NCBI GenBank assembly: GCA_965223155.1
Contig: CBDCVR010000013.1
Coordinates: forward strand, 864,001 to 928,000
Length of the DNA stretch: 64,000 nucleotides
DNA from: Candidatus Multivoradales bacterium
GTDB taxonomy: Bacteria; Acidobacteriota; Thermoanaerobaculia; Multivoradales; JAHEKO01
Direction: 5' to 3'
A program made the position numbers and the translations under genes. Shown piece after piece: positions 28,921 to 38,389 of the stretch; the stretch's first letter is position 1; every line of letters begins with the position of its first letter. The notes under the pieces are model-generated. The model saw only the letters and a program-made list of their open reading frames with translations. It searched no databases and was not told the origin of the DNA.

Positions 28921-30753
28921 CTAGTGCTCGGGCGCGGCTTCGATGACCACCGCCGGTCCGGCCCCTTCCGGCTCGTGAATGGTGTCGATCAACTCCCGCA
29001 CCGACCGCGAGGGTCCGGGAGCGAACGGGGTCAGGGCAAGCGTCACGGCGAAGTTCAGAAGCATGCCGACGACGCCGATGCCCTGCGGCCCGATGCCGAA
29101 GCACCAGTCGGGCATGCCGGCGTACACGGAGCCGATGATGTAGGTGGCGGTAAAGCCGATTCCCACGACCATGCCGGTAACCGCGGGCACCGTGCCGACT
29201 CGCTTCGAGAAGATGCCAAGGACGATCGCGGGGAAAAAGCTCGCCGCCGCCAGGCCGAAGGCGAAGGCCACGACCTGGCCAACGAAACCGGGTGGAAAGA
29301 TGCCGAGAAGCCCCGCCACCACCACGGCAAAGCCGATCACCACCCGCCCGACCATCAGGCGCCGCGCCTCGGAGGCCGTCGGATCGAGGATCCGGAAGTA
29401 GAGATCGTGGGCGACGCTCGACGAGATGACGAGAAGCAGTCCGCTCGCGGTTGACAGAGCCGCCGCCAGGCCGCCGGCGGCGACCAGGGCGATGATCCAG
29501 TCCGCGAGCCCGGCCATCTCCGGAGTCGCCAGCACGATGATGTCCCGGTCCGGCCCAGCTAAGCCGCGTTCCGCCAGGGTTCGGCGCCCGTCCCGCCCCT
29601 CCGAACCTCCGCTCGAGAGCCACTTCTGATGCTCGATCCGGATTACGGCGACCTCCGCGGCCGGCAGCTTGCCGCTCCGGAAGATCTCGTTCCCACCCTC
29701 CTCGCCCGGACCGTGGTACGCGACCCGGCCGTCCCCGTCGTCGAGCCAGAGAATGAGCCCGGTCTGCTCCCAATTGTGGAACCAATCCGGCAAGTTCTCC
29801 TCGGCCTGGCCGTGCAGGCTCTGGATCATGTAGTAGCGGGCGAAGGCTCCGGTCGCGGGCGCGGTCAGATACAACACCGCGATGAAGAGAAGCGCCCAGA
29901 AAGCGCTCCAGCGCGCCGCCCGCACCGACTTGACGGTATAGAAGCGCACGATGACGTGCGGGAGCCCCGCCGTCCCCACCATCAAGGCCAGGGTGACGCA
30001 GAAGACGTTGAGCTTGTTCCAACCCCCGCCGAAGGCCTCGGTGTAGCTGCCGAAGCCGAGGTCGGCGTGGAGTTGGTCGAGCTTTGCTAGCAGCGGCACG
30101 CCGCCGTCCAGCAGCCGGCTGCCCATCCCGATCTGGGGAACCGGATTGCCGGTGAGTTTGAAGCTGATCGCGATCGCCGGAATCAAAAAGGCCGTGATCA
30201 GCACCCAGTACTGAGCGACCTGGGTCCAGGTGATGCCCTTCATCCCTCCGAGGGTGGCGTAGGTGAAGACAATCGCCATGCCGATCACCACGCCAACGTT
30301 GATATCGACCTCGAGGAAACGCGAGAAGACGATCCCGACCCCGCGCATCTGGCCGGCAACGTAGGTGAAGCTCACGAAGATGGCGCAGACGACAGCCACC
30401 AGGCGGGCGGCGTTCGACTCGTAGCGGTCGCCGACGAAATCCGGCACGGTGTAGTGGCCAAACTTCCGAAGGTAGGGCGCCAGCAGGAGGGCGAGGAGGA
30501 CGTACCCGCCGGTCCAGCCCACGAGATACATGCCGCCCGCGTAGCCGAGAGTCGAGATCAGCCCGGCCATCGAAATGTACGAAGCCGCGCTCATCCAATC
30601 GGCCGCGGTCGCCATGCCGTTCGCCATCGCCGGCACGCCACGGCCGGCGACGTAGAACCCGGTCGTATCGCGCACCCGGCTCAGCCACGCGATCGCCAGG
30701 TAGGCCCCGAACGTGATCCCGACGAACGCGAAGGTCCAGAGCTTGATGCTCAT
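28921..30753 (-). CDS. Sodium:solute symporter (ActP-like)
   Basis: NGMATAADWMSAAS, GGMKGITWTQVAQY, GTAGLPHVIVRFYT, AGGLAAALSTASGLL. Confidence 0.93.
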   Translation of the reverse strand: MSIKLWTFAFVGITFGAYLAIAWLSRVRDTTGFYVAGRGVPAMANGMATAADWMSAASYISMAGLISTLGYAGGMYLVGWTGGYVLLALLLAPYLRKFGHYTVPDFVGDRYESNAARLVAVVCAIFVSFTYVAGQMRGVGIVFSRFLEVDINVGVVIGMAIVFTYATLGGMKGITWTQVAQYWVLITAFLIPAIAISFKLTGNPVPQIGMGSRLLDGGVPLLAKLDQLHADLGFGSYTEAFGGGWNKLNVFCVTLALMVGTAGLPHVIVRFYTVKSVRAARWSAFWALLFIAVLYLTAPATGAFARYYMIQSLHGQAEENLPDWFHNWEQTGLILWLDDGDGRVAYHGPGEEGGNEIFRSGKLPAAEVAVIRIEHQKWLSSGGSEGRDGRRTLAERGLAGPDRDIIVLATPEMAGLADWIIALVAAGGLAAALSTASGLLLVISSSVAHDLYFRILDPTASEARRLMVGRVVIGFAVVVAGLLGIFPPGFVGQVVAFAFGLAAASFFPAIVLGIFSKRVGTVPAVTGMVVGIGFTATYIIGSVYAGMPDWCFGIGPQGIGVVGMLLNFAVTLALTPFAPGPSRSVRELIDTIHEPEGAGPAVVIEAAPEH

Positions 30754-31139
30754 GCTTCGGAGGTCCTTGCTGCCTCCTCCAGAGCGGCACCTGCCGAAGC
30801 AGCATCTTCCGAGAGGATCCGTTCGAGCTCTCGGTGGTGCTCGGCGTCCAGGCGATTGAGCCTCAAGCAGTAGACCAAGATCAGCAAGACGAAGACCACG
30901 ATGCTCCCCTGCTGCGCGAACCAGAATCCCAGAGGAAAGCCGCCGAGCCGAAAGCCGTTGAGCCAGTCCGCCGCGAGCACTCCGCAGCCCAGGCCGACCG
31001 CGGCCCACACCAGCAAGAGACCCACCATGATCCGGACGTTGCGGCTCCAGTAGCGCGCGACCGCATCGGCAATCCGCGGGTCGCGCACGTCCGGGCCGCT
31101 GTCGCGACCCACCGAGCTCGGGTTTCGATCAGTCATCAT
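30750..31139 (-). CDS. DUF4212 small membrane partner of the symporter
   Basis: YWSRN, GGFPLGFWFAQQGSI; overlaps symporter start. Confidence 0.88.
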   Translation of the reverse strand: MMTDRNPSSVGRDSGPDVRDPRIADAVARYWSRNVRIMVGLLLVWAAVGLGCGVLAADWLNGFRLGGFPLGFWFAQQGSIVVFVLLILVYCLRLNRLDAEHHRELERILSEDAASAGAALEEAARTSEA

Positions 31140-31324
31140 GAGCCTGTCGCAAAGCGCGCCGAGTCTACCTCCGTGCCGGGCACTCCCTTCCCCGAAATCC
31201 TGATAGCCGTCGCTCCTGCCCTCTCGCTATACTCGGAAAAATTGATTTTCAGGGCGTCGGGATGAAACGCCCCAGAACTCGTTGACCGGCGACAGCATCC
31301 CCTCTGCCGCCGAAAGGAGAGGCC

Positions 31325-32146
31325 ATGAAGAAACCCCTAGCGATTGCAGCGATTGCAGCACTGGCGACCCTGGCGATCGCGGCCAGCGCCGCCGCCATCA
31401 CCTTTGGAGAGCCCGACGGCGACGCGCATCCTCACGTCGGAACGCTCCTGTTCGTGCAGGACGGCGTCGGCTTCTTTAGCTGCACCGGCACCCTGATCAG
31501 CCCGACGGTGATGCTCACCGCCGGACACTGCGTCGAAGGCAATGGCAATGAGAACGACGTGACCTACGTTCGATTCGACGAGGACGCCCTCGAGGGCATC
31601 GGCGATTTCGGATCGCTGCAGGACTGGCTGGATGACCGCTGGATTCTGGCCGAAGACGTCATCCCGCATCCCGACTTCGACGACTTCAGCGCCTTCCCGC
31701 ACACCTTCGACGTCGGACTCGTCATCCTGCCCGATCCGGGTGTGTCGCTCTCCACCTACGGGATGCTGCCACCCCTGGGCTTTCTCGACGACGTCCTGGC
31801 GCAGCCCGGGAACTCCTCCAACTGGTGGACCGCCGTGGGCTATGGGTCGCAGGGCGTCTTGGATCCGTTCTCCGGCAACGACTACGCCCGCTACCGCTCG
31901 ACGGTCCGGCTCATCGAGGTCAACAGCTTCGACACCGGACCCGGGGCGAGCGCCAAGTTCACCAACAATCCCGGCGGCGGCAAGGGAGGCACGTGCTTCG
32001 GAGACTCGGGCGGCCCGATCTTCTACCAGGATACGAACATCATCGGGGCGGTGGTCTCGTTCGGCATCACGCCCTGCATCGGCGTCGATTTCCAATTTCG
32101 GGTCGACACCGAAACGGCACAGGACTTCATCGCCGACAACCTGTAG
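31325..32146 (+). CDS. Secreted trypsin-like serine protease (S1)
   Basis: CTGTLI, LTAGHC, DVGLV, CFGDSGGP; signal peptide; AAAGGAG RBS. Confidence 0.92.
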   Translation: MKKPLAIAAIAALATLAIAASAAAITFGEPDGDAHPHVGTLLFVQDGVGFFSCTGTLISPTVMLTAGHCVEGNGNENDVTYVRFDEDALEGIGDFGSLQDWLDDRWILAEDVIPHPDFDDFSAFPHTFDVGLVILPDPGVSLSTYGMLPPLGFLDDVLAQPGNSSNWWTAVGYGSQGVLDPFSGNDYARYRSTVRLIEVNSFDTGPGASAKFTNNPGGGKGGTCFGDSGGPIFYQDTNIIGAVVSFGITPCIGVDFQFRVDTETAQDFIADNL

Positions 32147-32162
32147 GCGCTACGAAACATCG

Positions 32163-32199
32163 GTTCGAGTGGGGCGCTCCCCGAGCGCCCCACTCGAAC
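32163..32199. terminator. Perfect 17-bp hairpin between convergent genes
   Basis: GTTCGAGTGGGGCGCTC-CCC-GAGCGCCCCACTCGAAC. Confidence 0.7.
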
Positions 32200-32243
32200 G
32201 ACATCCGCCCGACACCACAGCCTCGGTCGTTTCCGTCCGTGGG

Positions 32244-33542
32244 CTACTCGGCTTCCCGGAAGATCAGGCCCCGCGAGAAGGCGGCCACGGCCTCGGCCCC
32301 TTGGAGCACTCTAGGAGCGATGTCTTCAACAGGCACCGAACGAACGGTCCGGGAGCGTTCGACCGCCGCCAGCGCCTCGGCACCGTCGTAATCACAGACC
32401 GAGAGCCGCAACGTAAGGCTGTCCTCAGATGCCCCGAACGCGGCTCCTGGCAGCGCCAGGACATCGAAATCCTCAAGCAAGGCTCGGGCGAGATCGCGCG
32501 AGGTTCGGATGCCGCGCCTGGAGAGCGACCGGCGGACTGGCGCGAAATCGGGCCAAAGATAGAACGCTCCCTGGGGAACAGCGCATCGCACGCAGTCACC
32601 GGCGACCCGTCCGGCGGCTTCACGGGCCACGGCTCCATGAATCCGCGTGCACGACTCGATGAAACGCTCGATCTCGGGATCCCCGGAGAGCGCCACAAGA
32701 GCCGCCTGCTGAACGGGAGCGGCCACCGCCGACCAGGTTTCGCTGGCAATGGCCCGGACCGCGTCGAAGAGGCCGGTGGCCGCTTTCGGCACGAATCCGA
32801 ACCCCATCCGCCAGCCACCGAGCGAGAGATGCTTGGAGAGACCGGTCGTGATCGCGGTGCCCTCGGGCAACGCGTTCGCAATGCTTGGCCCGATGCCGTC
32901 GAATTCGACCAAACCGTAGATGCGATCGCTGATCACGAAGATCCCCTCCTCCCGGCAGGCTCGAGCGAGGGCGTCGTGATTGTCCGGGGGCAGCGACAGT
33001 CCGGTCGGATTGTTCGGCGAATTGAGAATCAGCTTCGTGGGATTGAGTCCACTCTGGCGGGCCGCTCGGATCGCCGACCGGAACCGATCCGGATCGACGC
33101 GGTATCCGTCGTTCGACAGCTCCACTTCGACCGGAATGACCCGGTCGCCCAACATCGCAGCCTGCGGCTGGTAACTGACCCACGACGGTACCGGCAAGAC
33201 GAGATCCCCTTCGATGGCGGCCTGGAGAGCGTAGAGAACGAGCTTGCTCCCCGGCGCCACGAGGACCTCGTAGGCTTCGGGGTCGAAGCCCAACTTCGCC
33301 GCGAAGTACCGGCAAGCCGTCTCGCGCAGAGCCTCGGTGCCGGCAACCGGCTCATAGCCGTTGGCGCCGGCCGCCATCGCGAGCGCCTCGGCAAGCTTCG
33401 GGTGTACCGGGAAGGGAGCCTGCCCAAAGCCCATGTGGAGGACGGTATGGCCGTCCCGGCGCCGGTCGGCGGCGACTTGATTCGCACCGAGCGTCGGCGA
33501 GACCGGCAAGCCGGCGATTGCGTGCCGTATTCGAATGGTCAC
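32244..33542 (-). CDS. Class I/II PLP-dependent aminotransferase
   Basis: NSPNNPTG, SDRIY, GLSKHLSLGGWRMG; GTG start assumed. Confidence 0.9.
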   Translation of the reverse strand: MTIRIRHAIAGLPVSPTLGANQVAADRRRDGHTVLHMGFGQAPFPVHPKLAEALAMAAGANGYEPVAGTEALRETACRYFAAKLGFDPEAYEVLVAPGSKLVLYALQAAIEGDLVLPVPSWVSYQPQAAMLGDRVIPVEVELSNDGYRVDPDRFRSAIRAARQSGLNPTKLILNSPNNPTGLSLPPDNHDALARACREEGIFVISDRIYGLVEFDGIGPSIANALPEGTAITTGLSKHLSLGGWRMGFGFVPKAATGLFDAVRAIASETWSAVAAPVQQAALVALSGDPEIERFIESCTRIHGAVAREAAGRVAGDCVRCAVPQGAFYLWPDFAPVRRSLSRRGIRTSRDLARALLEDFDVLALPGAAFGASEDSLTLRLSVCDYDGAEALAAVERSRTVRSVPVEDIAPRVLQGAEAVAAFSRGLIFREAE

Positions 33543-33613
33543 GGCGAGGGTCCTGGAACGACCGCTATGATACCGCTCCCTGCACCCAGCTTCGTGAACC
33601 AATGGAGATCGCA

Positions 33614-34786
33614 ATGCGGAATAGAGGCCTTCTTGTCTGGACCCTGCTGGCAACCTCCGGAATCCTCTCCGCGGCGCCTCCTGTGGAATCCACCACTCGT
33701 CCCAGAGCTCGAGAAGCGGGAGTCGTCGTTGGCGTATTCCCGACCGGCCCGCTCAATGCCATCACCGATGTCGCCGGAGTCGAGGTCGGTCACGCAACCG
33801 TGATCCGGGGCGACGACGTTCGTACCGGCGTCACCGCCATCATTCCCGCACCCGGCAATCTCTACACCCACCCGGTGCCGGCATGGATTCACGTGGGTAA
33901 CGGCTACGGGAAGCTCATCGGCGAAACCCAGGTTCGCGAATTCGGTGAGATCGAAACGCCGATTCTCCTTACCTGCACGCTCTGTGTCTGGCGCGCCGCC
34001 GACGCCCTCAAAGAGTGGATGTACGAACAGCCCGGCATGGGAGAGCACACCCTCAACCCGGTCGTGGGCGAGACCAACGACTCCATCGTCAACAACATGT
34101 GGGCCAATCCGATCGGCCGGGAGGAAGTCTACGAGGCACTCGAGCAAGCCGGCGGCGGTGCCGTCGCCGAGGGGAGCGTAGGCGCCGGCACCGGAACCCA
34201 GGCCTTCTTTTGGAAGGGCGGTATCGGGACCAGCTCTCGCGTGCTGCCGGAGTCGCTCGGCGGGTACACGATCGGCGTCCTCGTGCAGACCAACTTCGGG
34301 GGCACGCTAAGCGTGAACGGGGCGCCCGTCGGCAAGGAGCTGGATGCCTACGCCTACAGAAGCGAACTCACGTCGGAGGCGAAGAGCGACGACCGCGAAG
34401 ATGGGTCCATCATGATGGTGGTCGCCACCGACGCACCGCTCAGCGCGCGCAGCCTCGACCGGCTGGCTCAGCGGGCCATGCTCGGGCTCGGCCGAACCGG
34501 ATCCTTCGCCCACAACGGATCCGGAGACTACGTCATCGCATTTTCGACGGACCCGCGAGTGCGCCGGCCACGCTCGAGTCCAAGACCCGTGACCGTCCCG
34601 ACAGTCGTCAACGAATCGATGTCGCCGCTCTTCGCCGCGACGGTCGAGGCGACCGAAGAGGCCATCTACAACGCCATCTTCAAAGCCACCACCGTGTCCA
34701 GCTCCCGCGGCTCGCTGGAGGCGATCCCGCTGGCGCGATTGCTCGAGATCTTGAACAGCTACAACGTCCTCGAGAGCGATCAGTAG
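33614..34786 (+). CDS. DmpA/P1 family aminopeptidase (S58)
   Basis: NAITDVAGVEVGH, NGYGK, VVGETND, EGSVGAGTG, KGGIG, NGSGD. Confidence 0.92.
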   Translation: MRNRGLLVWTLLATSGILSAAPPVESTTRPRAREAGVVVGVFPTGPLNAITDVAGVEVGHATVIRGDDVRTGVTAIIPAPGNLYTHPVPAWIHVGNGYGKLIGETQVREFGEIETPILLTCTLCVWRAADALKEWMYEQPGMGEHTLNPVVGETNDSIVNNMWANPIGREEVYEALEQAGGGAVAEGSVGAGTGTQAFFWKGGIGTSSRVLPESLGGYTIGVLVQTNFGGTLSVNGAPVGKELDAYAYRSELTSEAKSDDREDGSIMMVVATDAPLSARSLDRLAQRAMLGLGRTGSFAHNGSGDYVIAFSTDPRVRRPRSSPRPVTVPTVVNESMSPLFAATVEATEEAIYNAIFKATTVSSSRGSLEAIPLARLLEILNSYNVLESDQ

Positions 34787-34893
34787 AAACCGTAGCCGTG
34801 CCCTCCCGGCGAAGTACCACGCACGCCTCCCCTCGTCTCGCACGGCAGTCCGAAGGAGCGTCCCCGGCGACACCTGACTGGTACACTTCCTCC

Positions 34894-35073
34894 ATGAAAG
34901 GCGTCGTTTCTCCGCAGCCCGAGACGTCCGGCTCACGAGGCCAGGTGAAGACCGACACCACCGAGATCGACCTTTCCCTGATTCGCTGGACGCTCTCCAT
35001 GTCGCCTGTCGAGCGCCTTCGCTACGCAGTCCGATCGGGCAAGACGATCGCTAGACTCCGACGTGCCCGCTGA
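34894..35073 (+). CDS. Small protein overlapping the nucleotidyltransferase gene (antitoxin-like partner)
   Basis: IDLSLIRWTLSMSPVERLR; stop overlaps the next start. Confidence 0.6.
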   Translation: MKGVVSPQPETSGSRGQVKTDTTEIDLSLIRWTLSMSPVERLRYAVRSGKTIARLRRAR

Positions 35074-35560
35074 ACAAGCCGACCTCGAAGGCCTGCTCCT
35101 CGCTCTGACCAACGCCAGGGTCGAATTCATCGTCATCGGCGGCACCGCGGCGGTCCTGCACGGCTGTCCTACGACAACGCTTGACCTCGACATCGTCCCT
35201 CGGCTGGATCCGGAAAACTTGGACTCCTTGCAAGCAGTCCTCTCACAACTTCGAGCCACAGTCCGCGACCCAGGCCAACGGCAGCTTTTTCCCGACCGCG
35301 CTCATCTGGAAGCAGGCGGGCAACTGCATCTGAGCACCAGTCTAGGCCCCTTGGACATCATTGGCAGACTCAACGATGGATCTCGGTACGAAGACCTCGA
35401 ACCTCACACTCTGGTCGTTGAAGACGGAGGTCTCTACGTACGGATCGTCGACCTCGAGACACTCATCGAGCTCAAGAAGAGCACCGGCCGTACCCGCGAC
35501 AAGCTCCTCGTACCCATCCTGCTCGCTCTGCTCGATACCCGGGAGGCCGGCGAAAAGTAG
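35063..35560 (+). CDS. Nucleotidyltransferase-fold protein (DUF6036/AbiEii-like)
   Basis: VIGGTAAVLHG...TLDLDI, LIELKKSTGRTRD. Confidence 0.82.
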   Translation: MPAEQADLEGLLLALTNARVEFIVIGGTAAVLHGCPTTTLDLDIVPRLDPENLDSLQAVLSQLRATVRDPGQRQLFPDRAHLEAGGQLHLSTSLGPLDIIGRLNDGSRYEDLEPHTLVVEDGGLYVRIVDLETLIELKKSTGRTRDKLLVPILLALLDTREAGEK

Positions 35561-35618
35561 AAGAACGCATTGACTTCGGAACCGACGCATCCATTACCTC
35601 AGACCGAGAGCCACGATC

Positions 35619-37067
35619 ATGACCGAATATGACTTCCGCCAGTTCTACATCAACGGCGCCTGGGTCGAGCCGGCCGAGCCCAACGACTTCGCCGTCATCA
35701 ACCCCGCGACCGAAGAGCCTGTCGGCACCATCTCTCTAGGCGGCGAGCAAGACGTCGATCGAGCCGTGGCCGCGGCGCGGCAGGCGTTTCCCGAGTTCAG
35801 CTCCACGACCCGTACCCAGCGGATCGAGCTCATGGAGGCCATCCTCGCCGTCTACGCCACCCGCCACGACGAGATCGCGCGGGCGATCACCGAGGAGATG
35901 GGCGCGCCCTTCGCGATGTCCAAACGATCCCAAGCGGCGATGACCGTCAAGCACTTCACGACGACCCTCGATGCCCTGCGGACGTTCGAGTTCGAAGAGC
36001 ACCACGGCACGACCTCCGTCGTCCGCGAGCCCATCGGCGTCTGCGGCCTCATCACGCCCTGGAATTGGCCGATGAACCAGATCGCCTGCAAGGTGGCGCC
36101 GGCGCTAGCAGCCGGTTGCACCATCGTCCTCAAGCCTTCGGAGCTGTCGGCTCTGTCGGCCTGCCTCTTCGCCGAGGTCCTGGACGCGGCCGGCGTGCCG
36201 GCGGGCGTCTTCAACCTTGTCAACGGCGACGGCCCCACCGTGGGCGCCGCCATCGCCGCCCACGCGGAGGTGGATCTGGTCTCCTTCACCGGCTCGACGC
36301 GGGCCGGGATCCAGGTCGCTCTCAACGCGGCGCCGACGGTCAAGCGGGTGGCCCAGGAACTGGGCGGCAAGTCCGCCAACATCCTGCTCGACGACGCCGA
36401 CTTCGAGAAGGCCGTGGCCTCGGGCGTCAACCACTGCATGGGCAACTCCGGTCAATCCTGCAACGCCCCGACCCGGATGCTGGTCCCGGTCGAACGGCAG
36501 GCCGAGGCCGCAGAGATCGCCGCCCGCGCCGCCCGAAAGATCAAGGTGGGCGACCCTCATGCCGAAGACACCGTCATTGGCCCGGTGGCCAGCCGCGGTC
36601 AGTGGGAGCGCATTCAGGCACTTCTCGAAGCGGGTATCGCCGAAGGCGCCGAGCTCGTCACCGGCGGTCCTGGCCGCCCCGACGGGCTCGACAAGGGCTT
36701 CTACGTGCGGCCCACGGTCTTTGCCGGCGTCACCAACGACATGGTGATCGCGCGCGAAGAGATCTTCGGCCCGGTGCTCTCGATCCTGCCCTACGACGGC
36801 GAAGAGCAAGCCATTCGCATCGCCAACGACAGTCCCTACGGTCTTTCCGGATACGTTCACTCGGCCGACCACGAGCGGGCCCGCCGCGTTGCCCGGCGCA
36901 TCCGGACCGGCATGGTCCACGTCAACGGCGCACCCAACGACTACACCGCCCCGTTCGGCGGCTACAAACAGTCGGGTAACGGCAGAGAGTGGGGCGCCCA
37001 CGGCCTCGAAGAATTCCTCGAGACCAAAGCCATCATCGGCGACCGGCCGAAAGCGGCGAGCGGCTAG
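35619..37067 (+). CDS. Aldehyde dehydrogenase
   Basis: ITPWNWP, FTGST, ELGGKS, GQSC, EEIFGPV, PFGGYKQSG. Confidence 0.96.
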   Translation: MTEYDFRQFYINGAWVEPAEPNDFAVINPATEEPVGTISLGGEQDVDRAVAAARQAFPEFSSTTRTQRIELMEAILAVYATRHDEIARAITEEMGAPFAMSKRSQAAMTVKHFTTTLDALRTFEFEEHHGTTSVVREPIGVCGLITPWNWPMNQIACKVAPALAAGCTIVLKPSELSALSACLFAEVLDAAGVPAGVFNLVNGDGPTVGAAIAAHAEVDLVSFTGSTRAGIQVALNAAPTVKRVAQELGGKSANILLDDADFEKAVASGVNHCMGNSGQSCNAPTRMLVPVERQAEAAEIAARAARKIKVGDPHAEDTVIGPVASRGQWERIQALLEAGIAEGAELVTGGPGRPDGLDKGFYVRPTVFAGVTNDMVIAREEIFGPVLSILPYDGEEQAIRIANDSPYGLSGYVHSADHERARRVARRIRTGMVHVNGAPNDYTAPFGGYKQSGNGREWGAHGLEEFLETKAIIGDRPKAASG

Positions 37068-38262
37068 AGCACGGCATAGCTAGTCGAGACGAGAACGTCG
37101 TCGGGACAATCTGCTGTGAAGATCGAGAAATTCTCCACCCACTACCGGGTGATCCCCTCGTCATGAGCGTTCAGTATCTGTCTCAGCCCAAGCCGGACCG
37201 CACCTTCACTCTGGAGGAGCTCCGCCACCTCACCGGAGCCCTCGACGGGACCGTTCCGGGAGGTTTCAACGATACCTTCCCTAGCCACGCCATGACCACG
37301 ATCTCCGGCGACGGGCACGACACGCTGCCCTCCCTGGCACTGCCATCCAGCCTGGAAATCGACTCCATCTCAATCGCCAGCGGAAGGATACGCGACTTGG
37401 CTCCGGGGGACCTGGCCCGCCGTCTCTTGGAAACCGTACCCGGGCATTGGGACCCGCGGTTCTTCCCCTTGATTGCGGCAGACTGCACTTTGGATTCAGC
37501 GCGGCTCGACCCTGACCATCCCCAGGCGCTGATGGTGCGCCCAGGAGCTGCAACCCCTAACACAACGCTTCACTTCCTCTACGCTTCTTCCCCCGCCACG
37601 ACCGAGCGCGGCCGATGGTACGACGTTGTGTCCCAAAGAATGGACTTGCCCTGGCGCGTCGTGTGGGGCGAGGGCGGCAGTTTCACTATCAAAGCCACGA
37701 GCGAGCTCGAAATCCGAGTTCACCCTGACGTCGAGCCCACAATGGTGACATGGCCCATTCCCGATCTCGAGCTTCGGGAAATACCGCTATTTTTCCACCG
37801 GTTTCTCGAAGCCATTCCATCCGCGCAGGTCTTCGAAACTCAGTGGGCCGTATACCGCCTGGGCAACTTTCCGGGCGTACTTAGTATCTACTACGATCTG
37901 CTCGCGCTGCAATGGCCGATCGGGTCGGAGGGATCCCGCCTCTACCTGAGCGGTAACCTCGGACGATTCGAGGATCTCGACGAGTTTCGCGCCCTGCCCT
38001 CCGGCATTGCAGCCGAGACCTGGATCGGCAGCTGCACCAGTTTCCTCGACCCCGAGAGCTTCGAGGTCGAACCGGGCCACTTCGGCTACTGCCGCCTTCT
38101 CGTTCTGACCGACGGCGATGGGCACCGCCTGCGGGTCGAGGGCCAGCATGAAGAGGGTGCCGAGCACTTGTACGCTGCCTTGGGGCTCGACTGGGAAGGA
38201 CGATACAGCTAGATGGTCCCAAACCGCATCATCGGCGACCGGCCGAAGGCGGCGAGCGGCTA
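37031..38262 (+). repeat. 36-bp direct repeat of the ALDH 3' end (37031-37066 and 38227-38262) flanking one gene
   Basis: CATCATCGGCGACCGGCCGAA(A/G)GCGGCGAGCGGCTA, one mismatch. Confidence 0.9.
37163..38212 (+). CDS. Hypothetical protein lying between the direct repeats
   Basis: 349-aa ORF from MSVQYLS, less GC-biased than neighbours, no recognised motif. Confidence 0.7.
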   Translation: MSVQYLSQPKPDRTFTLEELRHLTGALDGTVPGGFNDTFPSHAMTTISGDGHDTLPSLALPSSLEIDSISIASGRIRDLAPGDLARRLLETVPGHWDPRFFPLIAADCTLDSARLDPDHPQALMVRPGAATPNTTLHFLYASSPATTERGRWYDVVSQRMDLPWRVVWGEGGSFTIKATSELEIRVHPDVEPTMVTWPIPDLELREIPLFFHRFLEAIPSAQVFETQWAVYRLGNFPGVLSIYYDLLALQWPIGSEGSRLYLSGNLGRFEDLDEFRALPSGIAAETWIGSCTSFLDPESFEVEPGHFGYCRLLVLTDGDGHRLRVEGQHEEGAEHLYAALGLDWEGRYS

Positions 38263-38389
38263 AGCGGGCAACGAATCAGGAAACCTACCCGTCATCAGGC
38301 CTTGAGCCTTCGAATCCAAGAGCTCTCACGGCACGGCCTCCCCGAACGACATGGCAACCGACAGCCAAGGCTGGTAGCTTCCGGAAGTC

